Of a stretch of 64,000 nucleotides of DNA, positions 10,564 to 20,117 are shown piece by piece. Under the pieces are notes generated by a model, which did no database searches, was not told the origin of the DNA, and was given only the letters and a program-made list of their open reading frames with translations. The position numbers and the translations under genes were made by a program. This stretch comes from Candidatus Poseidoniaceae archaeon (GTDB lineage Archaea; Thermoplasmatota; Poseidoniia; Poseidoniales; Poseidoniaceae), in the NCBI GenBank assembly GCA_028356125.1, contig JAOMTZ010000002.1, forward strand, positions 70,707 to 134,706. Reading direction: 5' to 3'. Each line of letters starts with the position of its first letter. Within the stretch, counting starts at the first letter, position 1.

Positions 10564-10863
10564 TCACTCTAGATTGCTGTCTAGTGTCAACAATTCAGAA
10601 TCACCAGCGTTTACAACAGTGATTGTCGATACGCTAAATGGTTTACCTGATGCAACGCCAAGGTCACGGTTAACCATTCCAGTTCGGTGCATAGTAACCT
10701 CTGGGTGCTTTGCAGCAAGGTCATCTATGTACTCCTGTGGGCAGTTGGCTGCAAGAATTATGCACTTGGCATCTCCTTCAGCACAAGCATCTATTGCTTG
10801 GCGTTGTCCAAACAATAACTCACCAGTCGTATTTGCAATCTTCAGTTGTTTACTTATATCCAT
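10564..10863 (-). CDS. rpl30e: 50S ribosomal protein L30e
   Basis: ISKQLKIANTTGELLFGQRQAIDACAEGDAKCIILAANCP...GKPFSVSTITVVNAGDS is typical of L30e/L7Ae-fold L30e. ATG 10863 has a GGAGGAA Shine-Dalgarno sequence 7 nt upstream. The listed TTG at 10881 is probably not the start. Confidence 0.85.
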   Translation of the reverse strand: MDISKQLKIANTTGELLFGQRQAIDACAEGDAKCIILAANCPQEYIDDLAAKHPEVTMHRTGMVNRDLGVASGKPFSVSTITVVNAGDSELLTLDSNLE

Positions 10864-10903
10864 ATTTTCATTCCTCCACAATTCCGCTTCTCAATGTTGA
10901 ATT

Positions 10904-12463
10904 TCACTCTGGGATGTAATACAATTCCACAGATCCAGTTCCTAGACTGATAGGTTGTCCGACAATGATGTTTTCAGCGACACCTGTTAAGTTGTCTCTT
11001 TCACCAATGATTCCAGCCTTTAGCAGGTGGTTAACTGTAACTTCGAATGCTGCACGAGCTAAGATTGAGTGCTTTGTACCGGACACACCATGGCGACCAA
11101 TTGCACGCACTTCACCTTCACTAGTCATTACATCTGCAACCATCAACAAGTGACGTACGTCGACTTCAAGACGTGCTCCGTCGAGAGTTGCTTGTAGCTC
11201 ATTGACAATAGCCTGTCTTGCTGCTTCAATACCAAGGTACTGATAAATCTCAATGATGTTGTTAGTGTAAGTTCTTGCTCTATCAATTCCATCCATGTCA
11301 GATATCCTTGCTAGATTGCTTCCAATAGTTGACAGGTAATACTCTCCTGTTTTGTCATCTAACTGAACGTTAGCACGTTCGACATTTGGAACACCCTTTA
11401 ATCGCATATCTCTGATCTTATCTTCTAACTGTAGAAGTTCGGTGTAGGATGGAGGGTTCTCAGCAAGAGTCTTCATGTCATCTTCTGTTTGAACACCAGG
11501 GATTAGAGTAAGTGTTGAAGGATTCTTTTCCTTGTCTGCTTCAACATATAGTCGAAGTGCACGCTCTAGTTTATCCTTAACCTCTGCAGGAGTCATACTC
11601 TTCTGCTTCAAGTTACCCTTCTTCAATTTGAGAACCAAACGACGTTGTGCAACGTCTGTTTCTATATCAGCGATATTGACTGTAGTAGTAATCTCAATTG
11701 CTGCAGCAAGTTTTCTTGCTGCCTCAGGAGAGGTACTGCTGTCTCCAGAGAGACGAATAGTCATAGTCGGGGTATTAGGTACTTTACGAGCATCGACAAT
11801 TTCAATAATACGAGGAAGACCTTGTGTTACGTTTACTGTTGCTACACCCGCATAGTGGAAAGTACGCATAGTCATCTGAGTACCAGGTTCCCCAATAGAT
11901 TGAGCCGTGATAATTCCTGCTGCCTCGTATGGGTCAATCTTAGCCATGTCTTGAGCCTTGGATGCTTCAGCAACAAGTGCTTCAGCTTGCTTCTTGGTCA
12001 ACTTGGCCTTTTCACGGTCATGGACTGCTTCAGTCAAATCGTGAATTGTTAGTTGAGTGAATTTTGCTCCAGCTGCTTCTGCTGCTGCTTCAATAGACTT
12101 GAAGACTGGGTCGTTTGCAAGTTCATCTACATAGGATAGTAACTTAGTTTCAGGATCGTACGACTCTAATTCTTGAACAGTCTTTGCGGTACGTCTGCGG
12201 CGAGTTCCTCGGCGTAGACGAACTGATGTGGTTGCAGAGTTTGCATCTCCAGTTGAATCACGGTTAGTTGAGTTAGCACCAGTAATAATTCCATGAATCC
12301 TTGCTGCTGTATCAGAATCTGTTTCACAGAACTGAGCGATTTCTTGGGCGGTCAGTACTTTCACGTCATCCCACTTTCTATCATCTGCCAACTTGTGTGC
12401 GAATTCCTCAGGGACTAACATGTCCATGAGTTTCTTCTTTGTTGCGCTCTTTACTACCATCAA
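10904..12463 (-). CDS. rpoA2: DNA-directed RNA polymerase subunit A'' with an N-terminal extension of about 100 aa
   Basis: Conserved [28 protein letters not shown] and C-terminal A'' blocks are present. At 519 aa it is longer than usual. The N-terminal 45 aa are homologous to the RpoH N-terminus in this window. Confidence 0.9.
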   Translation of the reverse strand: MMVVKSATKKKLMDMLVPEEFAHKLADDRKWDDVKVLTAQEIAQFCETDSDTAARIHGIITGANSTNRDSTGDANSATTSVRLRRGTRRRRTAKTVQELESYDPETKLLSYVDELANDPVFKSIEAAAEAAGAKFTQLTIHDLTEAVHDREKAKLTKKQAEALVAEASKAQDMAKIDPYEAAGIITAQSIGEPGTQMTMRTFHYAGVATVNVTQGLPRIIEIVDARKVPNTPTMTIRLSGDSSTSPEAARKLAAAIEITTTVNIADIETDVAQRRLVLKLKKGNLKQKSMTPAEVKDKLERALRLYVEADKEKNPSTLTLIPGVQTEDDMKTLAENPPSYTELLQLEDKIRDMRLKGVPNVERANVQLDDKTGEYYLSTIGSNLARISDMDGIDRARTYTNNIIEIYQYLGIEAARQAIVNELQATLDGARLEVDVRHLLMVADVMTSEGEVRAIGRHGVSGTKHSILARAAFEVTVNHLLKAGIIGERDNLTGVAENIIVGQPISLGTGSVELYYIPE

Positions 12464-15400
12464 AGTTCACCTCCAGCCGCTGCTTCAGAATCCCCTTCAC
12501 CAAATCCAAGGTCGAAGTTCTTATCTTCAGTGATAACAACATCTTCATCCTTAGTCTTGGTTGGACCATCTGTGCCTAATGCTTCATCGACAACTACGTC
12601 GATGTTGAAAGGTTTACCGTGTACACCACGGCTTGGATCAATTCCATCTTCTCCGTAAGAGAATTGGATGATTCTGTTAGCAGTATTCCTAACTGACAAA
12701 TTCTCATCATTGAATACCTTTAGATCATCCATAGCGTTAATCAAACGACGCTGCATGTATCCGGACTTACTTGTACGAACCGCTGTATCAACCAGAGATT
12801 CACGACCAGAAACAGACAGCATGAAGAACTCTGTTGGTTCAAGACCACGCTTGAAAGAAGACGAGATGAATCCTTTCTCAGGAGCACCAAGTCCGCCACG
12901 CTTGAAGTGAGGTAGAACACGCTGATGGTATCCACGTTCTAGACGTGCACCACGTACCTTTGCTTGTCCAATACTACCTGCCATCATAGTCAAGTTATCC
13001 ATAGACCCACGAGCACCAGATATCGCCATTCCAACAGCAGCGTTTGAGTTGCCGCTTTCGTTTAGTTCGTCTTTAGCAACGTTACCTGCCGCTTGCTTTC
13101 CGAGGTCTAAGATAACCATGATGTTCTCTTCAAGAGTCTCTTTAGGAGTTCTTCCAGGACGGGTTTCATATCCACGGCCATCCTTACCGAACTTGTCTAA
13201 CTCTGCTTGCACTTCATCACGAGCTTCTTGGTTGTGCCTCTCGATTTCGCTTAGAGCATGAGATGAAAGATCTTCATCATCAATTCCGGTTGTGAAACCT
13301 AGAGATGTACATGCTGCAATGGACAAACGTGTAAATTCGTCTAAGAACCTAGCACCTTCTGTAGGACCATTAGTTTGTACGATTGCGTCTAGCAGACGGC
13401 CATCTTCAGCACCGATAGCCCTCTTGTCCAGAGTACCACTGACCTTACCGTTCTTGACAACTACAGCGTCATTTGAACGGCTTCTGAATCTCAAGTGTAT
13501 GTTGTCAGGTATGATTACGGAAATCAAATCTTCACCGTTGAAGTATTCTCCTTTTGGTCCCTTGTGGACCTTAGGTAGTTCACCAGTGTATGCGATATTA
13601 CCTAACATCTCTAATCCATTTCGCTTTGAAATCTTAGTATCTGGCCTTGATAGAAGGTATGCTCCAGAGATGTGATCGTGAATTCCACCAATTACCGCTC
13701 CTCCGTATCTTGGAGTTAGAATGTGTTCCTGAACACGCATCAAAATCTTAGCTTCAGCACGTGCTTCTTCTCCTTGGATAACGTGTAAGTTCATCTCGTC
13801 ACCGTCGAAGTCAGCGTTGTAAGGAGTACAGACTGCCAGATTGAATCTGAATGTGTGTCCTTCCATTACACGAACTTCATGAACCATCATTGACATTCTG
13901 TGCAATGAAGGCTGTCGGTTGAATATTGCAACATCGCCATCAATCAAGTGGCGTTCTACAAGCAATCCTGGCTTAGGGTTGCCATTCATGTCGACGGTCG
14001 CAAGGCGATCTTCAACACGTGTTCTCTCTCCCCATTCATTGTCAGGGCTACCACAGTGTGGACATGCAACTTCAAGATGCTCCGGGTAAGGAGTGTCATG
14101 GTTGGCTAGTTCGAACTTCCAGCGATGGTGTAGAACTGCTCTAGGGTCGTCCTCAGGTAGAGGCTGGCCATCTACATCTTCTCCGCGTAGATTTGCAAGA
14201 GTTGCATCTTCATCGATTGCATAGGTTACTAGTTCTTCTCCACCTGCAACTGCCTCTTCTCGAGAAACGAATTTCTTTACAACGAGTCCAGGAAGGAAAT
14301 TTGGTGCAGGTAGTACCTGATGTAGATCGAACCTAGTTGTTGTTTCTTCCATACATTCAGGGTTGTGACAGCGGAAACCAGCGTTGATTAGACGGCTTCT
14401 TTCGTTAATTCTGACACGGCGCTTGTCGCCACGAATAACATAGTTAACACCAGGGTGAACATCGGGACCACGAAGAATCATCTGACGCATTTGTTCACGG
14501 TTTCGTGTTGTTACACGGATAGGAACTGTCAGTTCTTTAGCAATCTTTGTTGGTACTCCTACTTCGTTTACTCCAAGGTATGGATCTGGTGAGATAACAG
14601 ACCTAGCACAGAAGTTAACACGCTTTCCAGATAAGTTAGAACGGAAACGTCCTTCTTTACCTTTTAGGCGCTGAGTTAGTGTCTTCAAAGTTCTTCCAGA
14701 GCGGTGTCTAGCAGGTGGGATACCGCTTGTCTGATTATCGAAATATGTTGTAACGTGGTATTGCAACAATTCCCAAAGGTCTTCAACAATCAATTGAGGT
14801 GCTCCTGCGTCACGATTCTCACGTAGTCTCTGATTGATTCTTAGTACGTCAACCAACTTGTGGGTTAAGTCGTCTTCAGAACGGTCACCTGAGTCTAGAG
14901 TGATGGATGGTCTAACTGTGATTGGAGGTACTGGTAGAACTTTCAGAATAATCCATTCTGGTCTGTTCTCCTTGTGCATACCTAGGAAAATGAGGTGTTC
15001 CTGAGGTATTCCCTGAAGCCATTCACGGATATCACGAGCATTCAACTTTCGCTCTGTTGGCTTGCCGCCACCTTGAGCTGCAATGTTCTCTTTGAAAGTT
15101 GTAGGCTTGTCCAAAACAATTTTTCCTTGTTGGGACTTGCAGTGCATACAGATAGTTCTCTTTGCTTCTGAAGTCTTCTTCTCGATATCCTTGATAATCT
15201 TCGAGAATTCAGTAGACCCAACGCCGTGCTTTGTGATTAAATCACGTACACGAGCACGATAGAAATCTTGCTCTGAAAGTTCTGGGTTTGAAGGGTGAGT
15301 TCCTTCTGCGTCGTGAAGAAGAATCTTGCTACACGAATTGCAAGTTGCTTTGATTGCAGTCTTGATCAGATTAACGAATCCAATGTGGATAACTGGCAAC

Positions 15401-15654
15401 TCAAGTTGAATGTGCCCGAAGTGACCTGGACTTTCGTCATACTTACAATTGTCAGTTGGGCATAGCAAACCAGGTTCAATAACACCCATGTGAGGGTCCA
15501 TCAAACCTTGGCGGAATGCGTGTCCGTCGTCTTTGTATGTATCAGCAGTCTTTACCTCAACTGAAGACATTCTTCTGATTTCAGTAGGGTCCATCAATCC
15601 GAAGCGGATGCTTGCGATTCTCTTTGGAATCATTGTTGTGCTATTTTGGCTCAT
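12460..15654 (-). CDS. rpoA1: DNA-directed RNA polymerase subunit A'
   Basis: The zinc motifs, [12 protein letters not shown] and the catalytic [12 protein letters not shown] are all present. The gene is 1064 aa and carries a Cys-bracketed insertion. It overlaps rpoA2 and rpoB by 4 nt each. Confidence 0.95.
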   Translation of the reverse strand: MSQNSTTMIPKRIASIRFGLMDPTEIRRMSSVEVKTADTYKDDGHAFRQGLMDPHMGVIEPGLLCPTDNCKYDESPGHFGHIQLELPVIHIGFVNLIKTAIKATCNSCSKILLHDAEGTHPSNPELSEQDFYRARVRDLITKHGVGSTEFSKIIKDIEKKTSEAKRTICMHCKSQQGKIVLDKPTTFKENIAAQGGGKPTERKLNARDIREWLQGIPQEHLIFLGMHKENRPEWIILKVLPVPPITVRPSITLDSGDRSEDDLTHKLVDVLRINQRLRENRDAGAPQLIVEDLWELLQYHVTTYFDNQTSGIPPARHRSGRTLKTLTQRLKGKEGRFRSNLSGKRVNFCARSVISPDPYLGVNEVGVPTKIAKELTVPIRVTTRNREQMRQMILRGPDVHPGVNYVIRGDKRRVRINERSRLINAGFRCHNPECMEETTTRFDLHQVLPAPNFLPGLVVKKFVSREEAVAGGEELVTYAIDEDATLANLRGEDVDGQPLPEDDPRAVLHHRWKFELANHDTPYPEHLEVACPHCGSPDNEWGERTRVEDRLATVDMNGNPKPGLLVERHLIDGDVAIFNRQPSLHRMSMMVHEVRVMEGHTFRFNLAVCTPYNADFDGDEMNLHVIQGEEARAEAKILMRVQEHILTPRYGGAVIGGIHDHISGAYLLSRPDTKISKRNGLEMLGNIAYTGELPKVHKGPKGEYFNGEDLISVIIPDNIHLRFRSRSNDAVVVKNGKVSGTLDKRAIGAEDGRLLDAIVQTNGPTEGARFLDEFTRLSIAACTSLGFTTGIDDEDLSSHALSEIERHNQEARDEVQAELDKFGKDGRGYETRPGRTPKETLEENIMVILDLGKQAAGNVAKDELNESGNSNAAVGMAISGARGSMDNLTMMAGSIGQAKVRGARLERGYHQRVLPHFKRGGLGAPEKGFISSSFKRGLEPTEFFMLSVSGRESLVDTAVRTSKSGYMQRRLINAMDDLKVFNDENLSVRNTANRIIQFSYGEDGIDPSRGVHGKPFNIDVVVDEALGTDGPTKTKDEDVVITEDKNFDLGFGEGDSEAAAGGEL

Positions 15655-18600
15655 CTGCGGTCCTCCAGTTCTAGACGCATTGCCACTCCGAGACTCTTCA
15701 TCTCATCAAGTAGCAACTTGAATGCGTAAGAGGTTTGAATCTTGTAAACCTCTGCTCCGTCACCATGAATTGGTGACACATATGTACGGCGTTTCGGATC
15801 ATACCAAGCAACGTGACCAGATTGGGCACAAACGAACAAGTCTATTCCGTCTGATTCGTCTAGTAGTCTGTCCTTGATGACCATTGATGCACCGTGTGCA
15901 ATCAAACAATCACGTTCCATTTCACCAAACCTTAGACCACCCTGTCGAGCACGTCCTTCAGTAGGTTGTCTGGTTAGAATCTGTACACGTCCACGGCTGC
16001 GAGCGTGAATCTTTCCAGATACCATGTGGTGAAGTTTCTGGTAGTAGATACATCCAACGAATATCTCTGAAGGATATGTCTCTCCAGTTTCTCCATTGAT
16101 CATGTATTCTCTTCCAGTGTGGTCGTATCCATTACGAACTAAGCTGTCACGTAGGCTACCTTCTTTCTCTCCTCTAAATGCAGTTCCGTCGATTCTACGT
16201 CCTTCTAGAGAACCAACTTTACCGCCAATCATTTCGAGAACGTGTGCAACTGTCATTCTAGATGGAATTGCGTGCGGGTTGATGATTAGGTCAGGTACTA
16301 TACCATCACGAGTGAATGGCATGTCTTCTTCATTGACTAGGCGTCCAATAACTCCCTTCTGCCCGTGACGTGAAGCGAACTTATCTCCAATCTCAGGGAC
16401 TTTGTGGGAACGGACCATACATCGTACAAGACGTCCAGAATCTAGAGATTCTGTGACATATACGTTGTCGACCCATCCTTTCTCACCATGACGGATTGGC
16501 ATGGATGATTCACGGCGTTCTTGAGCCTGTAAGAAGGCACCTGCTCCTGTTTCTTCAAGGAAACGAGGCGGGCTGGTCTTACCAACTAGTACATCTCCAC
16601 CTTCAAGATACTTCTCTGGGTGAGGAAGACCATCGCCTTCCAGGTGATCGTAAGAACCAACCGGCTTCAAGCCCTTGACTTCTTCAAGTCCAGTTCCTGG
16701 AATCTCGATTTCTTCAACTTGACCACCAGGGAAACGGCGACGTTCTGCGTTGTAAGTACGGTTGAATGTCGAGCGGCCTAGAGCGCGTTGTACGCTGGAA
16801 CGGTTCATGATTACAGCGTCCTGCATGTTGTATCCATGAAGGCTCATAACTGCGACAATGAAGTTCTGACCACCTGGGCGGCTATCGAACTTTGTAGTAT
16901 CCATAGCTTGTGTGTGGGTAATAGAACGCTGCGGATAATGCAATATGTGCAATCTTGTATCTGGGCGTAGGCGGTAGTTAGCACTAGGTAGACCTAATGA
17001 TTGCTTTACCATTGCAGTACCACCAGTAACACGAGGTGTAGAGTTGTGCTCAGGATATGGAATCAATGAAGCACATACTCCGAGTACCAATTGTGGATCA
17101 ATCTCACAATGTGTGTGTTCGCTTGTGTAAAGCAAATCAACATCAAAGACAGCATCACCCTTTACTCCGTTAGGCATTGTTATTCTAGCCTGTAGTTTAG
17201 CAGAAGTTGCGCCTGGTTCTCCAAGATTCAACCAAGTGATAGTTGAATGGCTAACTGGCCTACCTGCATACTCATTTCCTTCAGGGACTACTTCTGGTAG
17301 AGAGAAAGGTCTTGGAGCGATGTAAAGGTCTTCTTCTTCCTCTGCATCTATCCATTCAACGACTCCTTCATTGACTAAATCTTTGAAAGTCATATCACCT
17401 GCAGATACCATCTCTAGGTGCTTCTGAGTTAATCTAGGTGCACCATCGTAAAGAATCAATACTGGTCTTAGGATTCTTCCTTTGTCTGTGTTGATGAAAA
17501 TGTCACGGTTTGCAGTATCGTATCTAATTGATACTTCAGGACGAATAGCCCCTCTGCGGCGTGCGTTCTTGAATTGGGTTACTAGATTCTTACCACGCTT
17601 GTGAATTCCATAAATGTCACCATTAACGTGAATTCGGTCACCATCTGTCCAATCATCAGGCTGGAATACATCCATTTCATCCAAACGAGAGCGAATTTCT
17701 GTTTCTGGAATTGCTTCTGAAACATCGATCATCTGAGCTGCGTTCTTTACCAGACCACAGTTCTGACCTTCAGGGGTCTCGTTAGGACATAATCGCCCCC
17801 ACTGAGTAGGGTGCAGGTCACGTGCTTCGAAGTGGGGTTGGCTTCTAACTAGAGGGCTAGTTACACGCCTCATGTGAGATAGTGCGGAAAGGTATGTTGT
17901 TCTATCAAGTAGTTGGCTTACACCAGAGCGCCCACCAACCCAGTTTCCAGTGGCTAGTGCGTGCATAATCTTGCTAGTAAGTACATCTGGCCTTAGACAT
18001 GAAGTGATCTTCAGTTCACGCTTTCTGTTGTGGTGACGTTCTAGTTGGTACTTTAGGTCACGAGCCAACTGTCCCATGGATACACGGAACAAGTCTTCAA
18101 TAAGGTCTCCTGCAAGGCGGACACGCTTGTTTGCATAGTGATCTTTATCGTTCGGCTTACGGCTAGTAATTGCCATTTCCAAAACTTGGCGGACGATTCG
18201 TCCTAGGAAAATCGCTTTCTTCTTGCGGTCTTCTTCTGAATCACCCAAGTGAGGAAGGAGTTCACGGTCGAGTAACTGAGTTACACGTGCTTCACGGTAT
18301 TCCTTCTGCTGTCCTGCGGCGAACTTCTTCTCTAACCACTGGTGAGCTTCTTCTAAAGAGTCAACTGCGTATTCTTCGTTATCCTTAACTTCGTTAATGT
18401 TGGCAACGATGAACTTGAATGTCTCAGTAGGACCTGCAATTGCCTGGAATAGTTCTTGGTCGTTTTCAATACCAAGTGCTCTCATCAAAAGAACCACTGG
18501 GATTGCTGTTGTTCCAGCAGTACTAATCTTGACCATTAGCATTCCATCACGGCGCTTTTCAACAGTTAGAGGCTTTCTCATTCCGTCTTTTTGTGAGAAA

Positions 18601-19262
18601 ATCTTTGCGACTTCAGTCTTCTTTGCATATCTCTTGTTAATCTCAACAGTTACACGGTTTGGAGCTAAATCCTCCATTGAGATTAGTACACGTTCAGTAC
18701 CGTTAATGATGAAGTAGCCTCCAGGGTCTAGAGGATCTTCGCCTTTGGTTCTGAGGAGCTTTTCCCACATCTTGTGGTCTTCGTCAGAAGTAGTAGGGTG
18801 GAGTACTTTGTCTCCTGCTACGTGGTTAGCGTGAAGATTACATCTTCTACTGCGAACCATGATTGGCATGTTACCAACTTGAACTCCCTTCTCTGGTTGA
18901 GAAGGAACTCCATTCTTGAATATAGTGAAATCCATACGTACAGGTGACATGTAAGTCAACTTACGTAGTCTGCATTCCATAGGGATGGAAGGGTGGTCGC
19001 TACCATCTGCTTCTCTGATTGTAGGTTCACCAAGTTGGATGTTCTTAACACGGATGATGATGTCTTGGTCGATTACGTCTAATTTGATTAGACCGCCCAT
19101 ATCGTCTTCGACTTCTTCATCAGTACCCACACGGATACTGCGAACAATCTTCTCCATGCGTGAAACTGAGTTATCACCGGTTGGGATACAATCGTCGTAT
19201 GATGCTAACTGGTGGTTCACCAGGCTACGTTCTCGGAAAAATGATTCAATAATCTCCTTCAT
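15651..19262 (-). CDS. rpoB: DNA-directed RNA polymerase subunit B (unsplit)
   Basis: 1203 aa with the conserved blocks GDKFASRHGQKGV, GGLRFGEMERDCLIAHGA and a C-terminal Zn-ribbon-equivalent region. Confidence 0.95.
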   Translation of the reverse strand: MKEIIESFFRERSLVNHQLASYDDCIPTGDNSVSRMEKIVRSIRVGTDEEVEDDMGGLIKLDVIDQDIIIRVKNIQLGEPTIREADGSDHPSIPMECRLRKLTYMSPVRMDFTIFKNGVPSQPEKGVQVGNMPIMVRSRRCNLHANHVAGDKVLHPTTSDEDHKMWEKLLRTKGEDPLDPGGYFIINGTERVLISMEDLAPNRVTVEINKRYAKKTEVAKIFSQKDGMRKPLTVEKRRDGMLMVKISTAGTTAIPVVLLMRALGIENDQELFQAIAGPTETFKFIVANINEVKDNEEYAVDSLEEAHQWLEKKFAAGQQKEYREARVTQLLDRELLPHLGDSEEDRKKKAIFLGRIVRQVLEMAITSRKPNDKDHYANKRVRLAGDLIEDLFRVSMGQLARDLKYQLERHHNRKRELKITSCLRPDVLTSKIMHALATGNWVGGRSGVSQLLDRTTYLSALSHMRRVTSPLVRSQPHFEARDLHPTQWGRLCPNETPEGQNCGLVKNAAQMIDVSEAIPETEIRSRLDEMDVFQPDDWTDGDRIHVNGDIYGIHKRGKNLVTQFKNARRRGAIRPEVSIRYDTANRDIFINTDKGRILRPVLILYDGAPRLTQKHLEMVSAGDMTFKDLVNEGVVEWIDAEEEEDLYIAPRPFSLPEVVPEGNEYAGRPVSHSTITWLNLGEPGATSAKLQARITMPNGVKGDAVFDVDLLYTSEHTHCEIDPQLVLGVCASLIPYPEHNSTPRVTGGTAMVKQSLGLPSANYRLRPDTRLHILHYPQRSITHTQAMDTTKFDSRPGGQNFIVAVMSLHGYNMQDAVIMNRSSVQRALGRSTFNRTYNAERRRFPGGQVEEIEIPGTGLEEVKGLKPVGSYDHLEGDGLPHPEKYLEGGDVLVGKTSPPRFLEETGAGAFLQAQERRESSMPIRHGEKGWVDNVYVTESLDSGRLVRCMVRSHKVPEIGDKFASRHGQKGVIGRLVNEEDMPFTRDGIVPDLIINPHAIPSRMTVAHVLEMIGGKVGSLEGRRIDGTAFRGEKEGSLRDSLVRNGYDHTGREYMINGETGETYPSEIFVGCIYYQKLHHMVSGKIHARSRGRVQILTRQPTEGRARQGGLRFGEMERDCLIAHGASMVIKDRLLDESDGIDLFVCAQSGHVAWYDPKRRTYVSPIHGDGAEVYKIQTSYAFKLLLDEMKSLGVAMRLELEDRR

Positions 19263-19276
19263 GGTATCACCTCAGC

Positions 19277-19897
19277 TCAGCTGCCCTCCACTATCAATCG
19301 ATAAGCGATTGATTTTCCAGCGGATGGTGATTTACGGATAACCTTCAGAACACGATCCGAGAGCCATCCTGCAGGCAGAGGAACATGTTCCTCATCGCCT
19401 TCAGCGTTTGCATCTCTTGCACGCTCTACTGTTTCCTTAATCACCTGGACAACTGGATCTGTAATCAGAATCTTCGGTAGAAGTTCCTTTGCTAGGCGGG
19501 GTTCGCCTGTTTCTTCGTCAGTAGTAAGAAGGCCCCATGGCTCAAGTTCACTTTCTTCATCTTCTACTGCAACGAGTTCCTGATGAGGAACTAGTACGTG
19601 ATTTAGAACATTAAATTTGGTACCAGCCAAATCCATGTCATCATCGTCTAAAGCTTTCTTAGAGATGGTAATCTTGCGGCTGCGGCGCTTCTGGCGCCTC
19701 TGGCCCAATTCAGCAAGTGCATTCATTGCGCCTGTAAAAATCTCATCGTCTTTGGATACTCCAAGGCATGAAGCAATTTCATCCGCCGCCATGGCCTTGA
19801 TATCGGTCATGTTGCGGTCCGTGGCCAATTTGTGAGCGTATTCCTCAGCAATTCCCATTTCCATTAAACGCTTCTTGGTTGCTGATTTAACTACCAA
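19277..19897 (-). CDS. rpoH: DNA-directed RNA polymerase subunit H with an N-terminal extension and internal insertions
   Basis: The C-terminal part NHVLVPHQELV...LPKILITDPVV...VLKVIRKSPSAGKSIAYRLIV matches the RpoH/Rpb5 C-domain. It sits in the canonical position upstream of rpoB. It is 206 aa, whereas RpoH is typically about 80 aa. Confidence 0.8.
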   Translation of the reverse strand: MVVKSATKKRLMEMGIAEEYAHKLATDRNMTDIKAMAADEIASCLGVSKDDEIFTGAMNALAELGQRRQKRRSRKITISKKALDDDDMDLAGTKFNVLNHVLVPHQELVAVEDEESELEPWGLLTTDEETGEPRLAKELLPKILITDPVVQVIKETVERARDANAEGDEEHVPLPAGWLSDRVLKVIRKSPSAGKSIAYRLIVEGS

Positions 19898-19948
19898 ACA
19901 AATTCACCCCTGTAGCCCTTGCATACGTCGAACCTGAGCCTAAAAGGC

Positions 19949-20021
19949 GGGCCTGACGGGGTTCGAACCCGCGACCGTCCGGTTAAAAGCCGGAAGCTCT
20001 ACCTGACTAAGCTACAGGCCC
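19949..20021 (-). tRNA. tRNA-Lys (anticodon UUU)
   Basis: A 73-nt cloverleaf was folded by hand. The acceptor stem is GGGCCTG/CAGGCCC, the anticodon stem is TCCGG/CCGGA with loop CTTTTAA, and the T arm is GCGGG-TTCGAAC-CCCGC. No CCA is encoded. Confidence 0.9.
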
Positions 20022-20117
20022 AATAGTATGCGTTGGGCTTTCTGGCCGACCTGCAAAGGGTTATTAAAACCTCCGCCGGCTAAACTGGCATCAAAAATGC
20101 GACACTAAGAGGAGGGA

